A stretch of 64,000 nt of DNA from Hemiscyllium ocellatum. Lineage: Eukaryota. Numbering within the stretch: the first letter of the stretch is position 1; every line of letters begins with the position of its first letter. The position numbers and the translations under genes are program-made. The notes beneath the pieces were generated by a model. That model had not been told where the DNA came from. It saw only the letters and a list, made by a program, of their open reading frames with translations, and ran no database searches. The stretch is from NCBI RefSeq assembly GCF_020745735.1, contig NC_083403.1:134620526-134684525 (forward strand). Direction: 5' to 3'. Below are positions 27,771-40,844 of this stretch, one piece after another.

Positions 27771-28910
27771 CTGTTCAATAAAGATGTTTTTAATGGTTCA
27801 TACATAAACAAATCAAGAAGGGCTGAGATTTATATGCCACCTTTAACCTCAGCTGTGCTAGGACCACAAAGCTCTTGACCTCATTACAGCCTTGGCCCAA
27901 GCATGGACAAGAGTCCAGAGGTGAAGTAAGAGTGACTGTTCCTGACATCAACGCAGGCACTTGATCAATGGTTTTCACAAAATTTGAGTCAATAGGTATC
28001 AGGGGAAAGCTCCTCTCTGATTGGAACCCTACTTGGCTCAAAGAAAGATGGTTGTGGTGGTTGCAGATCAATGATCACAGCCCCAGTATATCACTACAGG
28101 AGTTTCTTAGGGTGGGATCTTAGACCCAACAATCTTTTTTAGTTTCATCAATGACTTTCCCTCCAACATAAGGTCAGAAGTAGTGTGTTTGTTGGTGATG
28201 GCACAATATTCAGCAACATTTAGAGTCATAGAGCTGTATAGCATGGAAACAGACCCTTTGGTCCAATCCGTCCATGTCAACCAGATATCCCAACCCAATC
28301 TAGTCCCACCTGCCAACACCCAACCCATATCCCTCCAAACCCTTCCTATTCATATACTCATCCAAATCCCTTTTAGATGTTGCAATTGTTTCAGCCTCCA
28401 TCACTTCCTCTGGCAGCTCATTCCATACACATACCACCCTCTGTGTGAAAAAGTTGCCCCTTAAGTCTCTTTTATAACTTTCCCTTCTCACCCAAAGCCT
28501 ACGACCTCGAGTTTTGGAAACCCCAGCCCCAGGGAAAAGACCTTGTCTATTTATCCTATCCATGCCCCTCATAATTTTGTAAACCTCTATGAGGTTACCC
28601 CTCAGCCTCTGACACTCCAGGGAAAATAGCCCCAGCCTGTTCAACCTCTCCCTATAGCTCAAATCCTCCAACCTAGGCAACATCCTTGTAAATCTTTTCT
28701 GAACCCTTTCAAGTTTCACAACATCTTTCTGATAGGAAGGAGACCAGAATTGCATGCAATATTAGAACAGTGGCCTAACCAATGTCCTGTACAGCTGCAA
28801 AATGACCTCCCAATTCCTGTACTCAATACTCTGACCAATAAAGGAAAGCATACCAAACACCTCCTTCACTATCCTATCTACTTGCAATTTCACTTTCAAG
28901 GAGCCCACTT

Positions 28911-29228
28911 TGTGGGCGGCACGGTGGCACAGTAGTTAGCACTGCTGTCTCACAGCGCCTGAGACCCGGGTTCAATTCCCGACTCAGGCGACTGACTGTG
29001 TGGAGTTTGCACGTTCTCCCCGTGTCTGCGTGGGTTTCCTCTGGGTGCTCCGGTTTCCTCCCACAGTCCAAAGATGTGCGGGTCAGGTGAATTGGCCATG
29101 CTAAATTGCCCATAGTGTTAGGTAAGGGGTAAATATAGGGGTATGGGTGGGTTGTGCTTCGGCGGGTCGGTGTGGACTTGTTGGGGTGAAGGGCCTGTTT
29201 CCACACTGTAAGTAATCTAATCTAATCT
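28911..29228 (+). mobile_element. HE1-type V-SINE, young subfamily
   Basis: gtgggcggcacggtggcac...(aatct)n tail. Confidence 0.9.
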
Positions 29229-30217
29229 ATTTAGAGGAGCTATAAACCTGCACTCCAAGGTTTCTTTGATCAGCAACACTCCCTAAGACCTTACCATTAA
29301 GTGTATAAAACCTGCTGAGATTTGTTTTCCTAAAATGCAGCACCTCGCATTCATCTGAATTAAACTCCATCTGCCCATTCGATCAAGATCCTGTTGTAAT
29401 CTTCTTGGCTGTCCACTACACCTCCAATTTTGGTGTCAACTGCAAACTTACTAACTGTACCTCTTATGCTCACATCCAAGTCATTTATGTAAATGACAAA
29501 AAGTAGAGGGCCCAGCACTGATCCTTGTGGCACTCCACTGGTCACAGGCCTCCAATCTGAAAAACAACCCTCCACCTTCATTTTATGTCTTCTACCTTTG
29601 AGTCAGTTCTGTATCCAAATGGCTAGTTCTCCCTGTTTTCTGTGAGATCTAACCTTGCTAACCAGTCTCCCATGGGGAACCTTGTCAAACGCCTTACTGA
29701 AGTCCATCTAGATCACATCTACCGCTCTGCCCTCATCAATCTTCTTTGTTACTTCTTCAAAAAACTCATTCAAGTTTGTGAGACATGATTTCCCACACAC
29801 AAAGCCATGTTGACTATCCCTAATCAGTCCTTGCCTTTCCAAATACATGTACATCCTGTCCCTCAGGATTCCCTCCACCAACTTGCCCATCACTGACATC
29901 AGACTCACTGGTTTATAGTTCCATGGCTTATCCTTACCACCTTTCTTAAACAGTGGCATCACGTTAGCCAACCTCCAGTCTTCCGGCACCTCCCTGTGAC
30001 TACCAATGATACAAATCTCTCAGCAAGAGATCCAGCAATCACTTCTCTAGCTTCCCACAGGGTTCTAGGGTACACCGGATCAGGTCCTGGGGATTCATGC
30101 ACCTTCATGTGTTTCAAGACATCCAGCAATGCCTCCTCTGTATTATGGACATTTTTCAAGTGGTCACCATCTATTGCACTACAGTCTATATCTTCCATAT
30201 CCTCTTCCACCATAAAT

Positions 30218-30536
30218 AGATTAGATTAGATTAGACTTACAGTGTGGAAACAGGCCCTTCGGCCCAACAAGTCCACACCGACCCGCCGAAGCGAAACCCA
30301 CCCATACCCCTACATTTACCCCTTACCTAACACTACGGGCAATTTAGCATGGCCAATTCACCTGACCCGCACATCTTTGGACTGTGGGAGGAAACCGGAG
30401 CACCCGGAGGAAACCCACGCTGACACGGGGAGAACGTGCAAACTCCACACAGTCAGTCGCCTGAGTCGGGAACTGAACCCGGGTCTCAGGCGCTGTGAGG
30501 CAGCAGTGCTAACCATTGTGCCACCGTGCCGCCCAC
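30218..30536 (-). mobile_element. HE1-type V-SINE, young subfamily
   Basis: Near-identical to 28911-29228. Confidence 0.9.
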
Positions 30537-31951
30537 AAATACTGATGCAAATTACTCGTTTAGTATCTCCCGCATTTTCTACAGGTCCACACAAAGGCTG
30601 CCTTGCTGATCTTTGAGGAGCCCTATTCTTTCCCTAGCTAACCTTTTGTCCTTAATGTATTTGTAAAAACACTTTGGATTCTTCTTAATTTTATTTGCCA
30701 AAGCTATCTCATATCCCCTTTTTTGTCCTCCTGATTTCCCTCTTAAGTATACTCCTGCTGCTTTTATACTCTTCTAAGGGTTCGGTCAATCTATCCTGTT
30801 TATACCTGACATATGCTTCCTTCTTTTTCTTAACCAGCCTTTCCCTTCACCCTAACAGGAACATACTTTCTCTGGATTCTCATTGTCTCATTTCTGAAGG
30901 CTTCCCATTTTCCTGCCATCCTTTTACCTGTGAACATCTGCCCACAATCAGCTTTTGAAAGTTCTTGCCTAATACCGTCAAATTTGGCCTTTCTCCAATT
31001 TAGAACTTCACCTTTTAGATCTGGTCTATCCTTTTCCATCACTATTTTAAATCTAATAGAATTATGGTCACTGGCCTCAAAGTGCTCCCCCACTGACACC
31101 TCAGTCACCTGCCCTGCCTTATTTTCCAAGAGTAGGTCAAATTTTGCACCTTCTCTACTGGTGCATCCACAAACTGAATCAGAAAATTTTCTTGTACACA
31201 TTTAACAAATTCCTCTCCATCTAAACCCTTAACACTATGGCAGTCCCAATCTATGTTTGGAAAGTTAAAATCCCCACCCATAACTACCCTATTATTCTTA
31301 CAGATAGCTGAGATCTCCTTACAAGTTTGTTTCTCAATTTCCCTCTATTAGGCGGTCTATAATACAATTCCAATAAGGTGATCATCCCTTTCTAATTTAT
31401 CAATTCCACCCAGTAACTTCCCTGGGTGTACTTCCAGGAATATCCTCCCTCAGCACAGCTGTATTGCTAGTCCTTATCAAAAACGCCACTCCCCCTCCTC
31501 CCTTGCCTCTCTTTCTATCCTTCCTGTAGCATGTGTATCCTGGAACATTAAGCTGCCAGTCCTGCCCATCCTTGAGCCATGTTTCTGTAATTGCTATGAT
31601 ATCCCAGTCACATGTTCCTAACCATGCCCTGAGTTCATCTGCCTTCCCTGTTAGGCCTCTTGCATTGAAATAAATGCAGTTTAATTTATTAGTCCTACCT
31701 TGTCCCTGCCTGCCCTGACTGTTTGACTCACTTCTGTTCTCAGCTGTACCAGTCTCAGATCGATCTCTTTCCTCACTATCTCCCTGGGTACACACCCCCG
31801 CCCCCTTCTTGTACAGGTCATTTCTATCGCAAAAGAGATTCCAATGATCCAAAAATGTGAATCCTTCTCCCATACACCAGCTTCTCAGCCATGCATTTAT
31901 CTGCTCTATCCTCCTACTCCGGCCGTCATTAGCTCGTAGCATCAGGAGTAA

Positions 31952-32202
31952 TGTTCTGGGATTTATATATGAAAGAACTGAAACCAACATGGTCATTCTA
32001 AAAGATGAGAGACTTAACAAACAATCCAGGTCTTTTTCAATATATAATTTCAGTTGCATCACACTGTAAACTTTTGCTATAAATTCTATGTCTTATGATC
32101 TTATACTCCACAACCACCTGATGAAGGAGCAACACTCTGAAAGCTAGTGCTTCCAAATAAACCTGATGGACTATAACCTAGTGTTGTGTGATTTTTAACT
32201 TT
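31952..32202 (+). mobile_element. Penelope terminal-repeat fragment with hammerhead core (32115-32149)
   Basis: Same family as 59290-59541; cacctgatgaaggagcaacactctgaaagctagtg. Confidence 0.8.
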
Positions 32203-33007
32203 AAATTTAAGGATTTAAACTTAAGTGGACTCAAACGTTAATGTGTAATCCTACATGTAATCAATTTTCCTGTGCCTATTCCACAAGATGATTCTTTACA
32301 CTAAATGCAACAAGAAGAAATTCTTTCTCACAGGTTTGAAAACGTATCAGTTTGAAGCAAGTCAAACATTTGAAACAAAGCTGAATCTTCCTTACATCAA
32401 AACACTTTAAAAATAAAACAGGGGTGGGCACACAACTAAGAATTTTGGGAAGAGTTGGAGAAGGTCACTGAATGGTAAGCATAAATATGCAGATTTTGAG
32501 GAAGGTTTTAGAAGTTGGATGCCATGTAGCAAGGTAGGAGGGTGTGGAAATTATTCCAAAGTGTCAGGCTGTTAGCTGAAAAGCCCTGCATCAAGAGATA
32601 ATTGAACACTCCATAATCTTGACTCAGTAAAATTTAAAGGTTCAAAATGAGAAATGGAGTTAGAGGACTTTGTAGACATAGACTGAAGTAAACTTGTGAC
32701 TAAGATTGTGGAATTTAAAAGCTGCATGCTATAGTATTGGGAGTGATGGAGGTCAGTGAGAATTGCCTTGATGTTTTACGAGTACAAAATATGATAGCTT
32801 TGGTATACCACATTATTTAGACCTTTGCATAGTTCCTATGGGGAGAAATAATGCTGTACTCTTGAACAAACACTGAACATGCTCATACAGAATTCCTATT
32901 TGCAACAAACTAGCACACAGAGCATTTTGGTTCCAGAACATCAAATTTTGTACAATAACACGATTCCTGCTTGATTTATTAATACAACTGTGTGATTACA
33001 TACATAC

Positions 33008-33125
33008 CCATCTAATTTTTGAAAAATTATGTATGTTTTCTCGCCATCATAGGGTTTGAAATCAACACAGGATTTCAAGCGATACTGCTCAAATGAGTTC
33101 AAGATTTCACCCTTGGCATTTAGAT
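33008..33125 (-). CDS. MEP1A: Meprin A alpha exon 6 ([40 protein letters not shown])
   Basis: 118 nt, canonical splice sites, astacin domain. Confidence 0.95.
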
Positions 33126-33813
33126 CTGTAAATCAAAATACTAAAAAAATGAACAATTTGTTTAAATAAATCATGAACTACCTTGATCTTCATTTTCCAA
33201 CTGACAGACATTAATTATAAAACAGTCATTTCAAAGAGGTAAAAACCTTGCTAAAAATACACAGAAAACCATTCCCTGATCAAAAGTTACTCCTGATATT
33301 TTTTTAGAGTATACATGTGAAATTTTGTGTTACAAGCAGATATGATATGACGGGCAGTTTATTTTTAAATTATTCAGATCCAAGCTACTATATACAAAAC
33401 AACAGAGGGCCAAGTACTCAGTCCATTGCCCGAGATTAGATACTGGGACAGTCCTAAGTGATCGCTCATTCAACTCAGATCTGTGCTCTGATGCATCAAA
33501 CAACTTTCCACCACTTTGCAAATAATTACTGTACTTAGAAATGTGTAAATAATTTTGTTAATGGATTTAATTTTTTTCTTTATTAAATTTGAAATAACTT
33601 CCCCTTTAGATTGCAATAGCTTGAAATAAACAAATTAAGGTCAAGTTGATGTGTCGGTAAGAATAATTGGATACTTGCAAGTATTAAATCTCAAGTAAAA
33701 TAATATTAAGATAGCAATGTTACTCTTCTTACAATAGATACTCTGACTATGATGTAAATTAATAGTACTTCAATGCCTTCTGATTATCGACAAGTTTATA
33801 TAGAAAAAATTAC

Positions 33814-33889
33814 CAAGGTTGTCAGCCAGAATGTACGGAATAGGGAATTTCCATCTCGATGTTGGATCTTTAAGAGCATTCCGTTCCAG
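33814..33889 (-). CDS. MEP1A: Meprin A alpha exon 5 ([25 protein letters not shown])
   Basis: 76 nt; R|N activation site and [14 protein letters not shown] motif. Confidence 0.95.
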
Positions 33890-33987
33890 CTGTAACAGAG
33901 TGAGTAAATCAATAACATATTCATAATTGGAAGTATATTGTTATAAATTGCTACCTTAGAAATCAATGTAATGTGTCTCACACTTAC

Positions 33988-34028
33988 ACTCTGTACAATG
34001 TCGCCTTGAAACAGAAACCTTCGGGAGT
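33988..34028 (-). CDS. MEP1A: Meprin A alpha exon 4 (DSRRFLFQGDIVQS)
   Basis: 41 nt, tag|...|gtaagt; astacin propeptide LFQGDI (Asp-switch) motif. Confidence 0.92.
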
Positions 34029-34212
34029 CTAAGAACAAGGTAATTAGAAAAATACACTGAATGCTCTGCCCGCTGATCAAAAACATCACACATATAAAAA
34101 CATATAAATTGAATTAAGATGAAGAATTTTAGGTTGTATTCTTATTAGATTTGAAAGAATATAACCTAAAAGGTGATAAAGAACAAGCTTTCTGTTTAAA
34201 TTTTACACCTAC

Positions 34213-34266
34213 CTAAATTTATTTTTGGAATGTCATCTCGAAAATCCCCAGGATCTACATCATAAA
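34213..34266 (-). CDS. MEP1A: Meprin A alpha exon 3 (VYDVDPGDFRDDIPKINL, propeptide)
   Basis: AG/GT bounded; similar to human VHDADFGEQKDISEINL. Confidence 0.85.
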
Positions 34267-34378
34267 CTGGTGAAGGAAAGACAAGATTTTAACAAGTTGA
34301 CTTTTGCAATCTAAGAAGCAGTGAAAATTCTTAAAATATTGAGCAGGAAAATAAAAGGCAAAATATCTTCATATATAC

Positions 34379-34403
34379 CATTCTCAAAAGAAGTATCTCT
34401 GAT
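34379..34403 (-). CDS. MEP1A: Meprin A alpha, probable micro-exon 2 (IRDTSFEN)
   Basis: 25-nt segment between tttttccag and gtatat; supplies the phase 0 to 1 change needed between exons 1 and 3. Confidence 0.6.
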
Positions 34404-34483
34404 CTGGAAAAAGAAGATTGATATTTGTTGAAATAATGAAACAACAACAAATAACTTTTTAACCTACAAGAACTGTATCTTAC

Positions 34484-34549
34484 CGCTAAAGTATTACAGT
34501 GGGTGATCAATAATGTTAAGCAAAGGGAAAACAGTCCAGAGAAGTTCAT
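34484..34549 (-). CDS. MEP1A: Meprin A alpha, coding exon 1 (signal peptide MNFSGLFSLCLTLLITHCNTLA)
   Basis: ATG at 34549, hydrophobic signal peptide, phase-0 donor GCG|gtaaga; directly upstream of the propeptide exons. Confidence 0.8.
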
Positions 34550-34624
34550 GATTGAGGTAGTAGATCCAAATATCTTAACAGTGCCGTGTTGTACAGGCAC
34601 ACTAAATTCAGTTTCTCAATTTCC

Positions 34625-34649
34625 TGGACTTTGAACAGCAAATTTATCT
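34625..34649 (-). promoter_or_regulatory. Candidate MEP1A proximal promoter: HNF4-type site GTTCAAAGTCCA plus GATA site AGATAA
   Basis: Motifs 76-100 nt upstream of the ATG; motif match only. Confidence 0.45.
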
Positions 34650-35307
34650 TTACAGCATTCTTGTACCATGCAACTAAATTTCTCGTGATGTAAATCTGCA
34701 TTACTGGCAGTATATTAAGAGGGCAACAGACATCCAATGATCTTCTTATAATAGTAACATAGTCATTCAGAGTTTAACTGTGTTCTTTCAAAAGATCATA
34801 GTCTATAGGTTACATAATAGATTATGAAAATAATACAAATGGCTAATGAATAAGTTACCTGAAAAAGTGAGAAATCCTTACAACAACTTTTCCTCTTTCT
34901 TCAATAAGAGTGCAGATGTATGTTTTGACAATTATCCAAACAGTAATTCAGAGAAGGTAACATTGGAAGGTTTTTTTTGTTTGTTTGGCACCATTCTTGC
35001 CTTTGGGCCAGGAGATGGTGGCTTTGCAATTTTATGTTCACAACTCAGGCTGACCCCTCAGACTGTGATGTGATGGCTCCAAAAAAGGCCAAACTGGTCC
35101 AAAGGTATTTGGATACTGTCCTGGGTGTCCTGGTGGATAGAGTTAACAAACGTTCAGTTTACTATATGGTAAAATGCATAAGGAGGCCAGCATAACAGAC
35201 CAATTCTGCCTGTACAGAGATTGTAGCATACTTCACTGCTCTGACCTCTATAAAACTGTGCTCTGTTGGTTGTCCTGTAAGTGATCTTTCACACTTCACA
35301 AGAATAA

Positions 35308-36156
35308 TGTTACGACACAGGGTAAACTCTCCTGCTTAATTTAAACCAGAAACACAGAAAATATTTATCCCATGCAGTAATTTGTGAAAATTCGAGAGGC
35401 CAAAAACTATTTAAAGTAAAAATTAACAACTTTATTTCTTAAAGTATAACAGTGAATAATTAACTAACAACTATTTACAACTCCTTCATTTAACCTATCT
35501 TTTACTTCCCCTTCTACAATATTAGCCCAATAAAACCCCAATTAAGATTTATAAAACAAAACTTCTTATCTCAAAACTTTCAATTTTCTCTGTATTCCTG
35601 TCTTCTCTTCTTCTTCTTGGGGATTCTGCTTCACAGGTCACTGATCGATAAAGGTACCTTTAAGAGAGCTATTTTTATGGGCAGTGTGCAGATGTTGTTG
35701 GCTTGGCAGTTCTCCTCCCAACTGTTCAATTTTCCCTGGTCTTATACCCCCACAGCATCAGATTGTGTCTTTGGCTTTTAAGATTGTCAATATACTCAAT
35801 TTAAACTTGATTGGAATTTGGTATTTTGGGGGTATAATTTAAACTGATTGACCAAATTCAAATTTGTTTTTTTTTTCCCCAGGCAACTAGCTACCCCAGT
35901 AACTGGAGGAGAAAGTGAGGTCTGCAGATGCTGGAGATCAGAGCTGAAAATGTGTTGCTGGGAAAGCGCAGCAGGTCAGGCAGCATCCAAGGAGCAGGAA
36001 ATTCGATGTTTCGGGCATCAGCCCTTCATCAGGAATGTAACATGTGCACCAGTAACTGGAGCACATGTTACATCGTACCTTATTGAGAACAATTGGTGCT
36101 GTCACTGCTAGCTTTTAACTGTATTAAAGGTATAGTACACACACATCTTCATAACA
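35308..36156 (-). mobile_element. Solo LTR (TGTTA...TAACA, 4-bp TSD ATAA)
   Basis: TSD 35304-35307 / 36157-36160; minus-strand AATAAA and TATAA-like motifs suggest orientation. Confidence 0.8.
35909..36048 (-). mobile_element. Hammerhead-bearing short element nested in a solo LTR, TSD ccagtaactggag
   Basis: TSD 35896-35908 / 36049-36061. Confidence 0.8.
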
Positions 36157-38379
36157 ATAAATAGTATCATCTTCTTTCATTTAGTTCTTTGTTACCTTGA
36201 ACTCATAGGTGTACGACTCCCTCTAATTTGATCACTGCAAATGTATTTCACCAAGGGAAATGGACTACAAGCCTCAACATTAAATACATAATGTATGCTC
36301 ATGGGCTGAGTACCATGTGATCCTTTCAAGATAATAAACTTGCACTTCCTGTTCACTCATTAGGGATGCCCACGACATTGCCTGCTCATGCATTCTCAAA
36401 AACTGTTCCTGTTGAAGTGTAAACTGTTCCTGCATCCATTTCTATTATATGCAAGCCATCTCTTTAACTCATTTCTGGAAACACTGGCCCACAACTGGGC
36501 CAAGAAGGACAAGACCAGTGGGAGATGCAGTGGACATCAGGAATAAATGGTCAAGCTGTCCACAAAAGATCACAACTGGTTTTGTGATGCTGATGAAACC
36601 ACTATAGGCCATTGACCCAATGAGTTACGTAGTACTCTGTTCTTCTTAAATGAGCATTACCACTTAATAGCCTTTCTTCTCCTTCACAAACACAGGCATG
36701 AGCAGCACACAGAAGATCTCAGGTAGAATCCCTCATCATCAGAAGCCCCTCAGAGGACTCTTAGAAACTAGGCACCAACTCAGCCTCATTCATAAGTCTT
36801 GCTGCTGCACCTAACCATGTGATATGGTCAACCTACAGGAGAACATCAGGCAGATTAAATTGGACACCTTCAGTATTATGGAGTGAAAGATTGAGGAGCC
36901 TCTTCACAATGTTATGTGAAATACTTGGTTGCCTACAAGAAAAGGGTGGCAGCTGGTTCAGAGATCTAGATCCAACAGAATGCTCAGTGGCTGTTGGATA
37001 CGCTCTCTGATCTACATTCCATTTCTCTAGGCACAGGAGCTTTGGCAAAGGGTCAGTTAGACTCAAAACGTCAGCTCTTTTCTCTCCTTACAGATGCTGC
37101 CAGACTTGCTGAGATTTTCCAGCATTTTCTCTTTTTTGGTCTCTAGGCACACTTGTTCAGCATCAATGACAAAATGAAATGCAGACAAGGTGGGGGATCT
37201 CGGCCTCACTGCACCTTTCTCAGGTAGACAGGATGGTGCCAGGAGGCACCCACAATGTGGAGGAAAGGCTAACAAGCACCCCATAAATATCTTCTCAGAA
37301 CGGTCCAAACGTGTGTGGTTCCTCCATCTCTTCCCTGCCTGTTTATTTCAATTCATGCATTAGTTCATGTTGAGGGGGGTGAACATGCACCTAGACAGGA
37401 GACTCTCAGCAGACCTGGCCCATTTAGGAGTCCCTTACCCTGAAAATTGTCCACTCTCTTTTCCAGCTGAACAATAGAATCATAACTGGCTACTGTGGGT
37501 TGTCAGGATATGGCAGTTATAATGCGAGACACAAATCCTTAGTTTGTGTAACTTGGTCACTTGAGCTCTGAGTATCATTAACAGATCACAAGGTGGTAAT
37601 CACTGGGGACAATATAATCCTAATGAGTCATTATAAATGCATGTCTTAATTGGATTAGTGGGACAATATTGATTTACAGATTAATAGTGAATTGAAGGCA
37701 TTTCGCAAGCAGTTTTATTCACTTGAATAATGATAAGTGAACAGTTCTTTAGGTGCAATGATCGTGTCCTTATTTCTGAGCCAAAAGACCTGTGTTCAAA
37801 TCCCATCTGTTCCAGAAATGTGTTCTAACATCTCTAAGCAGGTTGATTTGAACAAAAATATGAGTAATGTGGGCCCTTACATTCTCCAGTGCTACACTCC
37901 AACCCCTCTGAAAAGAAACAGTATTTACAGCTCCCATTTTAGCAAGCATTTCCTTCCAGTTTCAGATTAATGTGGTAAGGTTCCAAATTTGCACTTGCAT
38001 GAGTAAATTACACACTTTGCTTGTGACCCACAATATCCCCCTATTCCTCTTGTCCCTGTTTCCAATCCCAAACATTTGACCCTTAACTCAGACTCATTTT
38101 GTGATAAGTCCCAGTTTTGAGCTGCTTCCAGCCTCAATGACCCCATGGGCTGACCCCAGAAAAGTCTTGGATTATGTGCCATCCACCCTGACTGACTGTG
38201 GCCTGGACTCGACTCTGAGGATCGAATTCAACATGTAGTGTTTAGTTCTCATGTTGAGTTTCGGCAGTCTCAAGTTTATCAACTGGGAAAAATTAATTAA
38301 GAAGCTGAAGTTAATAGGATCAGTTGTGTAATTAATGAAATACAAAAACATGCTAATCAGCTTCTCAGCACCTGAGAAC

Positions 38380-40250
38380 AAGAATTTGCCTTTGGACAAA
38401 TGAGGCATTTTCACAGGTAAGTTGAATCAAAAATTGGCTCAGTAACAGGAAACAAAGGGCATGTTTCTTGCAAATGGTAAATTGTTTCCAGTCTAACTTA
38501 GCTTTGCTGTTTGTATATAAATGATTTAGACTCAAATGATTGGGAAATCTGCAAAATCACAAAAATTGGCTGGATAGTTGAAAACAAAATGGCTGTTGAC
38601 TATAAGGAGATATCAATGGTTTGGTTGGAAACTAAAAGAAATTCATTTCAGAGTAGTAAGCTATGCATTTGGTGAGGACAAACAAAGCAGAAGAATACAC
38701 AATAAACATGGGTGGCATTAGAACAAGAAAAGAAAATGAGACAAAATAAGAAACTGCTGGAAAAACTCAGACAGTATCTATGGAGAGAAACCAGAGTGAA
38801 CATTTCAGGTCTGGTGATCCTTCTTTGCAACTGTTCTGCTCAGAACAGTTCTTCAACTGTTTTTGGTGCAAAGATGCTGCCTGAGCTGTTGAGTTCTTCC
38901 AGCAATTTTTGATTTCTAGTTTTTCTGCAGTTTTTTTGTTTTGTTTTAATCTTGGAGTGCATGTCCACTGGTCGATGAAAGTGACACAGATAATGTCAGA
39001 AAGAAGGCAGATAGATGCTTTCCTTCATTGGGAAAGATATTGAATACAATAATAGGGATATAATTATGTAACTACATAAAACATTAGTTAAGCTATAGAT
39101 GGTGTTTTGTGAATGGTAGAAAGATTAGGGTGGACACAAGAAAAACCAAACATGTCTAAAATTTACTGCTTAGCTTGTAATTGAGATAGAAGCCGTCAAC
39201 ACATTTGAAAGGAACTTGGATCTGCATCTAAAGTGCCACAAGGTGAAAAATTTTAGACCAAGTGGGATTAGAATGGGCAGCTAGTTTGTACAATTGGTGC
39301 AGAACAAAAGGGCTGAATGGCTTCTTTCTGTGTTGTAACTTTTGTATGATTCAATGGAGTTGATGTGGTAAAGTGACACTGGAGTATACAATCAGCAATG
39401 GTCTAACTGGTTGGAGGAAGAAAGAAAATAGGAAAATAGGGAAAACAGATGTGACTGGGGAAGCTATTGAGTGAAGTCCCAAAAGGCCAATGCTTGAGCC
39501 CATTCTATTTCAAATGTACATGCATGGCCTGGATATGAAACTAATGCTATTCTAGATTTGCAGATAACAAAAAGTGAAGACAAAAAGGGAAAGAGTGTTA
39601 TGCAATTCAGCAAGAGTAAAGGAGCTGAATATAATTCAAGTGGAGAAAGGGTGCAGAGCAGATATTTGAGAGTCCTCATCCACAAATCTCAAAAATCTAG
39701 CATCCAAGTTCAGCAGATAATAGGGAAGGTGAATTGAATGCTGGCCTTTATTTCTAAGGGTAATAAGAGCAGGGAGGTTTTGCTAAAGCTTTGCAAAGCA
39801 CTAGTCAGATCACAGCTGGAATGATGTGAGCAGTTTTGGGCCCCTTAGCGAATGAAAGATATACTGGATTGGAGACACTTGGATTCACTTGGCAGACACC
39901 AGGTACAGAGGAACTATCCTATGAGGAGAGGTTGAGAATGATAGGCAACGTTATTGAAACATACAGATTTGTTAGGGGACAGGTTAGACATGGATTCTAG
40001 GACCAGAGGGCTTAATTCTCAGAATAAAATACAAATGAGGATTTTTTTTTTCTTTCAGAGATAGTGAATTAGTGCAATTCTTTGTGGCAGAGAGCTGTTA
40101 AGGCTGGGTTATTTCGTACATTAAAGACAGAGAGAGTGATTTTTAATCAGTAAGCGATTCAAGAGTTTTAAGGAATTGCAGGGAAGTGGACTTGAGAATG
40201 AATGGATCAGCCATGATCTCTTGAATGGTGCAGCCAACTCCATGGGCTGA
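38380..40250 (+). mobile_element. Old degenerate CR1 fragments, with a small inverted element at ~38735-38930
   Basis: Decayed CR1 RT/3' motifs. Confidence 0.55.
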
Positions 40251-40829
40251 GGTCGTAGTATCACAGTTAGATTTTTATTTAAAGTGTAGTTAAACATTTG
40301 CAAAATCATTACATCTGTAACAATCTTGACCAATTTAAGATTGGCCTCATGTGATGTATTCATTACATAGTGCCTTAAACTCTGACATTGCACAAATAGT
40401 TGGTCTGACATAAGAGTAGGAAACTCTGATAGTTTTGGATTGATTGATTGATTGATTCAACTTTACACTGGGGCAATAAATGTGTGTGCTGTCTAACAAG
40501 TGAACAGACTAATTTATTTTCACCACCACACATTTACATTTCAGGCTGCATGTGTAGGAAGCAAAACTAAACCCATACCACTAAATGTAGATTAATTGAT
40601 TTGTTATTGCATGGTTATTGGCTCTTGATAACTACTTTGTCAGCAAATCAAACCACCTTTCCATGCTTAGAATAATCAAGACAAAACTGGTAGTATATTT
40701 ACCAAAAACAGTGACTGCAAACCAACTCAAAAGTTGAAATGCTTTTGAATGGCCTGACAACTATGATCGGGTACTATATAAAGGAGAGTTCTTTCTCTGT
40801 ATCTATCAATGAAGAATGTTTACCAGATA

Positions 40830-40844
40830 AGGTCAAGATGACCT
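40830..40844. promoter_or_regulatory. Perfect palindromic estrogen response element AGGTCAagaTGACCT
   Basis: Exact consensus match; overlapping AGATAA; function untested. Confidence 0.45.

Larger units (their letters stand above)
28221..31950 (-). mobile_element. CR1/HER1-type LINE, ~3.7 kb 5'-truncated (APE endonuclease + RT), with two nested SINEs
   Basis: NCIYFNARGL...DIIAITETWL; PEDWRLANVMPLFKKG; [22 protein letters not shown]; tail (ctctatga) at ~28221. Confidence 0.92.

Noticed and set aside
28911-28990. tRNA-like A/B boxes as tRNA genes
   Set aside because: They are SINE heads followed by the V-domain and LINE tail
7191-34549. Assignment as MEP1B
   Set aside because: Alpha-type residues ([34 protein letters not shown]) and adjacency to ANKRD66 favour MEP1A
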